Below are positions 59,801 through 64,000 of a DNA stretch of 64,000 nucleotides, one piece after another (the stretch's first letter is position 1; every line of letters starts with the position of its first letter). The DNA comes from Candidatus Scatocola faecipullorum. GTDB taxonomy: Bacteria > Pseudomonadota > Alphaproteobacteria > RF32 > CAG-239. The stretch spans positions 3,764-67,763 of the forward strand of contig DVNC01000029.1 in assembly GCA_018714685.1 (NCBI GenBank), in the 5' to 3' direction. The position numbers and the translations under genes were made by a program. The notes beneath the pieces were generated by a model. The model was not told where the DNA came from. It ran no database searches and saw nothing but the letters and a program-made list of their open reading frames with translations.

Positions 59801-60325
59801 GACGGTTGCATCATCCGAAACGCCGTTTCCGTAAACTTCAAAACCTTTATATGAATTGGAATCAATTGTTGCACCGCCGGAGTTGACAACCGCTTCTGAG
59901 ACATAACCGCCGGACAGCAGGGCGCCGGAATCAATGGTAACCCCCTCGGCCGTACCGGTTTCGGCCACATTCATCAATCCGCCGTTAATGGTTGTTTCAA
60001 TGGCCGAACCGCCTTCGTTTATCTGAACGGAGCCGCCGGAGTTAACGGTAGTTTTTTGGGCAATGCCGCCGTCGTTAACTGTCATTTTTCCGGTGTCGCC
60101 GATTGTGTTTTCTTTGGCAACGCCTTCAGCATTGACTGTCATTTCGCCATTGTTGTCAATCGTCTGATTGTCACAGCTGCCGCCGGGACAGGTAATGTTG
60201 ACCGGATCCGTATCGGGATCGGCTGCCCGTGCTTCCGTCATCGGCAAAGCGGCTGCTGCCAGATAGAAAAAGGATGAGATGAAAAGAAATTTTTTGGTCA
60301 TGACTTTTCCGGCCTTTGTAATCAT
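56816..60325 (-). CDS. Autotransporter (type Va) with a beta-helical passenger and a C-terminal beta-barrel
   Basis: Has a signal peptide and dozens of GG.A..T.I..GG..V-type passenger repeats. A Gly/Asp/Ser-rich low-complexity insert is present. The C-terminal barrel ends ...GLNYVF. RBS GGAAGG precedes the ATG at 60325. Confidence 0.85.
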   Translation of the reverse strand: MITKAGKVMTKKFLFISSFFYLAAAALPMTEARAADPDTDPVNITCPGGSCDNQTIDNNGEMTVNAEGVAKENTIGDTGKMTVNDGGIAQKTTVNSGGSVQINEGGSAIETTINGGLMNVAETGTAEGVTIDSGALLSGGYVSEAVVNSGGATIDSNSYKGFEVYGNGVSDDATVNTGGYMLIRDGGTANGTVIEGGTVEVRFDQPEEENPDDGTTADGGSDPDAGITGDGSVSGDDGSDSGEGNTGGDGSGDTGDSGGSETTPTSSTVNNTVINNGGTLNVETGGIANMTEVNEGGIMNVNKGGEANSSTVNTGGTANINDGGNAYSTTVDGGTMNVKDSGSAASSTITKGGKIIASGTSMVSETAVLDGTLEVKDNATALNTTVSGNGMLEASQAQEAITGLTVTDTGSYHLTTNNNVQNADLYGKHYDTLFSNGAGTGIIVGGSSQLDVMSGGKLADTVLQHKGTVNVQNGGSINNTVANDSSNITIAAGASAVGTTLNGTSSMTVSGTAADTIVNSSGSTAAKGLEVNNGASVSNTSINGSGTVLLKNGSTANNTVMNGGVLTAENGAKLENLEIKGKAETAIDNGASLSGAVTVSGNATLGGSYDYGKIFSDAAINSLTVTEGVNAKFGNSLNATTAGKSLTFADGSYHISSNGDNGSTAVKGWEIVNIGGKDGTADVSLAGDLNLGSDDKTIQIGNGSTLDTSEVENIAITGSLVNAGDLNLVSAGNLADDKDNTTTISGNYTGQANSSITLKVDTLNGTTDKLVVNGDVSGTSELNVNITSAAKPTEKILFLEAPNDNSATGAHFTIWRVNTSPYLWDTSNEGHNWYMDMVNVGGKIGVYSETLAYMGLQSAGLEQTRSMVYNVINKINLRNNNLVDNRLMHSPQYRYYSKGIENYYNNYNFWAMPIYHTITNDSGVNYEADIVGGEAGIDLYNNNNNKAGVFVSYRQGNYKFDGKADKFFARYGSEIDIDSYSGGVYYRHNWQDAWALAMVYGGIQEADIKTKDNVSSDSDATEFGASIAAGYVYNMNYSFNIEPSAVISFRSLSYDDAKDIYGKTAEFDTLTLLEADLGVKFENTWNLDSGYAKAYIRPSLLFNSVSGDEVTITNFLDKSPEIDDGAYARLEIGGSADLSKFFSMYSTVRATAGSDYQDLAVTAGLNYVF

Positions 60326-60374
60326 TTTTGCCTTCCTTCTGGAAAGCAGCGTTCATGATAAATCGATTTGTCCC

Positions 60375-60545
60375 GATTCTATCTTTTGAATTATTAACAA
60401 AATATTATGACGATTCGCCGGAGAGATTCTTCGATTCGCGCAAACCGTTGCTGGGATTCGGATTGAGTCAGGCAAAAAATATTTTTTCGATTCGCCGGAA
60501 TAAAAGGTTAATTTTTTTCCGAATCGCACAGACTTCGTCCGAATC
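60375..60545. promoter_or_regulatory. GANTC (CcrM-type) site cluster in the autotransporter upstream region
   Basis: Nine GANTC sites start at 60375, 60412, 60425, 60433, 60455, 60465, 60489, 60521 and 60541. CGATTCG occurs at 60411, 60432 and 60488, and its reverse complement CGAATCG at 60520 and 60540. Confidence 0.7.
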
Positions 60546-60557
60546 GCATTTTCGGCA

Positions 60558-60588
60558 TAAAAAAAGGACCCTTGCAAAAGGATCCTTT
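60558..60588 (-). terminator. rpsA terminator
   Basis: The hairpin AAGGATCC/GGGTCCTT has a G-U pair only on the minus-strand RNA and is followed by T7. Confidence 0.75.
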
Positions 60589-60630
60589 TTTGAGATTATT
60601 TAATCTCGGCTTAAAAACGGCATAACCGTA

Positions 60631-62313
60631 TTAAGCGTTTTTCTTCAGAGCTTCGCCCAAAGCATCACCGAGGGTTGAACCGGTAGATGTGTTGGAGTAT
60701 TCTTCCAAAGCTTTCTTTTCTTCTTCAATTTCCAAAGCTTTAACCGACAAGCCGAGCTTGTTGTTTTTCTTGTCAACTGAAGTTACTTTAGCTTCCAGAA
60801 CATCGCCTTCTTTGAAGTTGTCGGGGTTCTGATTGGCTTTTTCTTTGGACAGGTCGGCTTTTTTGATCATCGCGGCAACGCCGTTGACTTCAACGTTAAC
60901 GCCTTTGTCTTCGGTGCTGACGACGGTTGCTTTAACAACATCGCCTTTTTTGATGCCGTCCAGAGCGGTAGCCAGCGTATTTTCAGACAACTGTTTGATA
61001 CCCAGGCTGATGCGTTCTTTTTCAACATCAACGTCGATGATTTTGGCCTGAATGTCCTGACCTTTGACATAGTCTTTAACGGCTTCTTCACCGGATTTGT
61101 CCCAAGAAATGTCGGACAGGTGAATCATACCGTCGATTTCGTCAGACAAACCGACGAACAGACCGAATTCGGTAATGTTCTTGATTTTGCCTTCGATAAC
61201 CGAGCCGACCGGATGTTCTTCAACATAGGCAGCCCAAGGATTAGGCATGCACTGTTTGATGCCGAGGCTGATACGTCTCTTCTCCGGATCAACTTCCAGA
61301 ACTTTGACTTCAACTTCCTGAGAAGTGGAGACAATTTTGCCCGGGTGAACGTTCTTGCGGGTCCAGCTCATTTCGGAAACGTGAACCAGTCCTTCAATAC
61401 CGTCTTCGAGTTCGACGAATGCGCCGTAATCGGTGATGTTGGTAACTTTACCCTTGTAGGTTTCACCGACTTTGAACTTGTCGGCAACAGCCTGCCACGG
61501 GTCATTCTCGAGCTGTTTCATGCCCAGAGAAATACGCTGGTTGTCTTCATTGAACTTAATAACCTGAACTTTAACGGTCTGACCGACGGACAGAACTTCG
61601 CTCGGGTGATTAATGCGTTTCCAAGAAATGTCGGTAACGTGCAGCAAGCCGTCAACACCGCCCAAATCAATGAATGCGCCGTAATCGGTGATGTTTTTGA
61701 CAACACCCTCGAGGATTGAACCTTCTTTCAGGGTGTCAATCAGTTCGGCACGGGCTTCGGCGCGGGTTTCTTCCAGAACAACGCGGCGGGAAACAACGAT
61801 GTTGCCTCTGACCTTGTCCATTTTCAAAATCTGGAACGGCTGAGAAATGCCCATCAGCGGGGTAATGTCGCGGATCGGACGAATATCGATCTGAGAACCC
61901 GGCAGGAAAGCAATCGCACCGTTGAGGTCAACGGTGAAACCGCCTTTAACGCGGCCGAAGATAACGCCGTTGACTCTTTCGCCGGCATTGAGGGATTTCT
62001 CCAGATCCTGCCAGACTTCTTCACGGCGTGCTTTTTCGCGGGACAGAACAATCTGTCCGTCTTTGTCTTCGTAACGGTCAACATAAACTTCAACTTTGTC
62101 GCCGGCTTTGAGTTCGGCGTTTTGGCCGAATTCGCGCAACGGGATGCGGCCTTCGGATTTGAGCCCGACATCAACGATGGCAAAATCGGGAGTTACGCGG
62201 ACAATCGTACCTTTAACCACGGAACCGGTGATGCCGTTGTCGCCGAACTGTTCGTTCAGCAGGGCTTCAAAGTTTTCGTTGGTTTCGGGAATTTGGAATT
62301 CTGTATTTGTCAT
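60631..62313 (-). CDS. rpsA: 30S ribosomal protein S1
   Basis: 560 aa with six S1 repeats (G..V.G.V..I..FGAFV). Confidence 0.96.
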   Translation of the reverse strand: MTNTEFQIPETNENFEALLNEQFGDNGITGSVVKGTIVRVTPDFAIVDVGLKSEGRIPLREFGQNAELKAGDKVEVYVDRYEDKDGQIVLSREKARREEVWQDLEKSLNAGERVNGVIFGRVKGGFTVDLNGAIAFLPGSQIDIRPIRDITPLMGISQPFQILKMDKVRGNIVVSRRVVLEETRAEARAELIDTLKEGSILEGVVKNITDYGAFIDLGGVDGLLHVTDISWKRINHPSEVLSVGQTVKVQVIKFNEDNQRISLGMKQLENDPWQAVADKFKVGETYKGKVTNITDYGAFVELEDGIEGLVHVSEMSWTRKNVHPGKIVSTSQEVEVKVLEVDPEKRRISLGIKQCMPNPWAAYVEEHPVGSVIEGKIKNITEFGLFVGLSDEIDGMIHLSDISWDKSGEEAVKDYVKGQDIQAKIIDVDVEKERISLGIKQLSENTLATALDGIKKGDVVKATVVSTEDKGVNVEVNGVAAMIKKADLSKEKANQNPDNFKEGDVLEAKVTSVDKKNNKLGLSVKALEIEEEKKALEEYSNTSTGSTLGDALGEALKKNA

Positions 62314-62462
62314 AAATTAAGTTATTTCAAAAAAATGCCTGATTTCCAAGAGGAAACGGACTTGTGCGGGGTTGAATATTCCGATAGACGCAGCGCACCC
62401 TGCCGTCTAAAGCTAGGTTCTTTATACAGTTAAATATTAAATTTTCAAGTATTTTCTTGCGC

Positions 62463-63134
62463 TTAAAGCGTTTTTTTCAGCTTGGCTTCGATAATTTCTT
62501 CGGCTTTAACGGCCACTTCTGCAATATTGAGAGCCGAGGTATCGAAAATCACCGCATCATTGGCAGGTTTCATCGGTGCGGCAGCCCGGTTGGCATCGCG
62601 GGCGTCGCGGGCTTCCATATCTTCCAGAACTTTGGCAAAAGAAATGTCGCTGCCTTTGGCCTTTAATTCATCAAACCGCCGTTTGGCGCGGATTTCCGTT
62701 GATGCGGTAATAAAAAATTTGACGTCGGCCTGCGGACAAACTACTGTTCCGGTGTCTCTGCCGTCATAAACGGCGCCGTTCGCCGGGGTTCCGTCGGCAA
62801 ATACCGGAGTCAGGGCAAAATCCTGCTGCATCTTAAGCAGAGCGGCCCGGACTTTGGGATGTGCAGAGACGACGGAAGCGGCAACCCCGCCTTCGGAACT
62901 GCGGAATTCGGGGTCTTTGGAGAGTTCAATCATTTTGGGAAAAGTCAGTTCGCGGGCGATTGCTTCCGCAGCGTTTTCATCATGGCGGTCAAGTCCTTTC
63001 CGGCGCATCTCCAGCCCGACGGCGCGATAAACCATTCCGGTGTCAAAATAAGCCAAATGGTATTTGTCTGCCAGAATGGCGGCAAGTGTTCCCTTTCCGG
63101 CGGCGGCCGGCCCGTCTATTGTAATAATCATCAT
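62463..63134 (-). CDS. cmk: Cytidylate kinase
   Basis: IITIDGPAAAGKGT P-loop. Sits upstream of rpsA, the common arrangement. Confidence 0.93.
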   Translation of the reverse strand: MMIITIDGPAAAGKGTLAAILADKYHLAYFDTGMVYRAVGLEMRRKGLDRHDENAAEAIARELTFPKMIELSKDPEFRSSEGGVAASVVSAHPKVRAALLKMQQDFALTPVFADGTPANGAVYDGRDTGTVVCPQADVKFFITASTEIRAKRRFDELKAKGSDISFAKVLEDMEARDARDANRAAAPMKPANDAVIFDTSALNIAEVAVKAEEIIEAKLKKTL

Positions 63135-63256
63135 CCCTGTCCGAATAAACTATTTGCAAAATTTTATCTATTCATTAACATATCTATTATAAATTGATAA
63201 GAGGTAAATAAGATTATACAGAATTTTTAATTTTACATAATATTTAGGAGGCTGCC

Positions 63257-63925
63257 ATGCAAAACAAACAACTTTGGGCTCTTATAGTGGGAATGGGGCT
63301 TGTCTCCGGCGGAGCATTGGCACAGCAGCCGCCCCGCCAGGAATCTCCCGAGGTGACGGCCGCAGAGATGGAAGCGATGAAAGAGGCCGCGGCAGCCGGC
63401 GGAACCGGCTCGGTTGACGGTTTCGGCGAAACCTACGGCGAACAGGTTGAACGCGAACAGGATGCAATAGAAGCAGCCGCCGCAGCGGCCAAAGCCGAAA
63501 GCAACACCATTCTGGCACCGATGCCTCAGGACAGCACAGTTGACTACGGCAGCATTGCCGACGCCATTTTCTCTTCCGGCGGCACCCGGGCTGATCAAAA
63601 AGGCAAAGCCGGCGTCAAAGAAGCCCCGAAAGTCTATGAAGACATCATTATGACGCTGGTTGAGCCGACTTCCAAAACCGTGCTCGGCATGGGGCATACC
63701 ATTGACATCAAACTGCGCGCCGGTTCCAATTTAAAATGGAATTTTGATAAAGAATATAAGTCTTTGGAATTTATTTCCGAACGTACGGAGGACGGTTTCG
63801 TTCACGCGGTGTTCAAAGCCAAAGAACCCGGCCGCGAAACGGTTTATTTTGATTGTCTTGATGTCGGCGATCCCTTGAATGTCAAGGTTTTGGAAACCAA
63901 ATTAATTTCAGTAAAGGTAGAATAA
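63257..63925 (+). CDS. Secreted hypothetical protein (222 aa)
   Basis: Has a signal peptide (...GGALAQQ) and an Ala/Glu-rich linker followed by a globular C-terminal half. Confidence 0.6.
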   Translation: MQNKQLWALIVGMGLVSGGALAQQPPRQESPEVTAAEMEAMKEAAAAGGTGSVDGFGETYGEQVEREQDAIEAAAAAAKAESNTILAPMPQDSTVDYGSIADAIFSSGGTRADQKGKAGVKEAPKVYEDIIMTLVEPTSKTVLGMGHTIDIKLRAGSNLKWNFDKEYKSLEFISERTEDGFVHAVFKAKEPGRETVYFDCLDVGDPLNVKVLETKLISVKVE

Positions 63926-63928
63926 TAG

Positions 63929-64000
63929 TTGGCGGCGCGGGTACGTTTATATATTGAAACGCCGCTGTACGGCGGACGGGAACTGGATTTGGACGAGAGC
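63929..64000 (+). CDS. rsmE: Probable 5' end of the 16S rRNA methyltransferase RsmE gene (partial, runs off the window)
   Basis: TTG-initiated frame AARVRLYIETPLYGGRELDLDES resembles the RsmE N-terminal pattern R.PR.Y....L..G..v.L.......... Only 24 codons are visible. Confidence 0.35.
   Translation, partial: MAARVRLYIETPLYGGRELDLDES

Overview
This 64-kb chromosomal segment looks like a host-associated or reduced alphaproteobacterium. The evidence is the synteny dnaA-rpsT-enoyl-CoA hydratase-mutM, a CcrM-type GANTC methyltransferase, an HPr/EIIA-Man pair without sugar permeases, an RHH_4 protein and J-domain proteins. Housekeeping content: gyrB, recF-dnaN-dnaA, rpsT, mutM, gpsA, a Lon-related protease, tsaB, dnaK and dnaJ (split and divergent), tsf-rpsB, parE, rpsA-cmk, xthA, lolA, a porin, four tRNAs (Ala-GGC, Arg-ACG, Ala-CGC, Ser-GGA) and a probable rsmE 5' end at the right edge. 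I found no rRNA, CRISPR array, transposase or integrase. The most notable non-housekeeping signals are: (1) nine GANTC sites, five of them the identical 7-mer CGATTCG, packed into 171 bp upstream of a 1169-aa autotransporter, in a window that also encodes the CcrM homologue; (2) two tRNA genes each followed by a duplicated tRNA-3'-end-plus-terminator module around homologous 100-150-bp mini-inserts; (3) a tRNA-flanked cluster with an orphan PilT-like ATPase, two tandem paralogous Cys-patterned secreted proteins and a mini-lipoprotein; (4) a translationally coupled pair of a 636-aa orphan and an archaemetzincin-like metalloprotease; (5) three tandem Ser/Lys-rich Cys-containing micro-ORFs with perfect RBSs; (6) a self-contained promoter, 51-aa Cys-rich peptide, GNAT, terminator cassette beside an AdhR/NmlR-like MerR unit with a 19-bp-spacer operator promoter; (7) structured repeat families filling about 0.9 kb downstream of gyrB. 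All functional calls rest on motif recognition by eye. No database search or folding computation was run.
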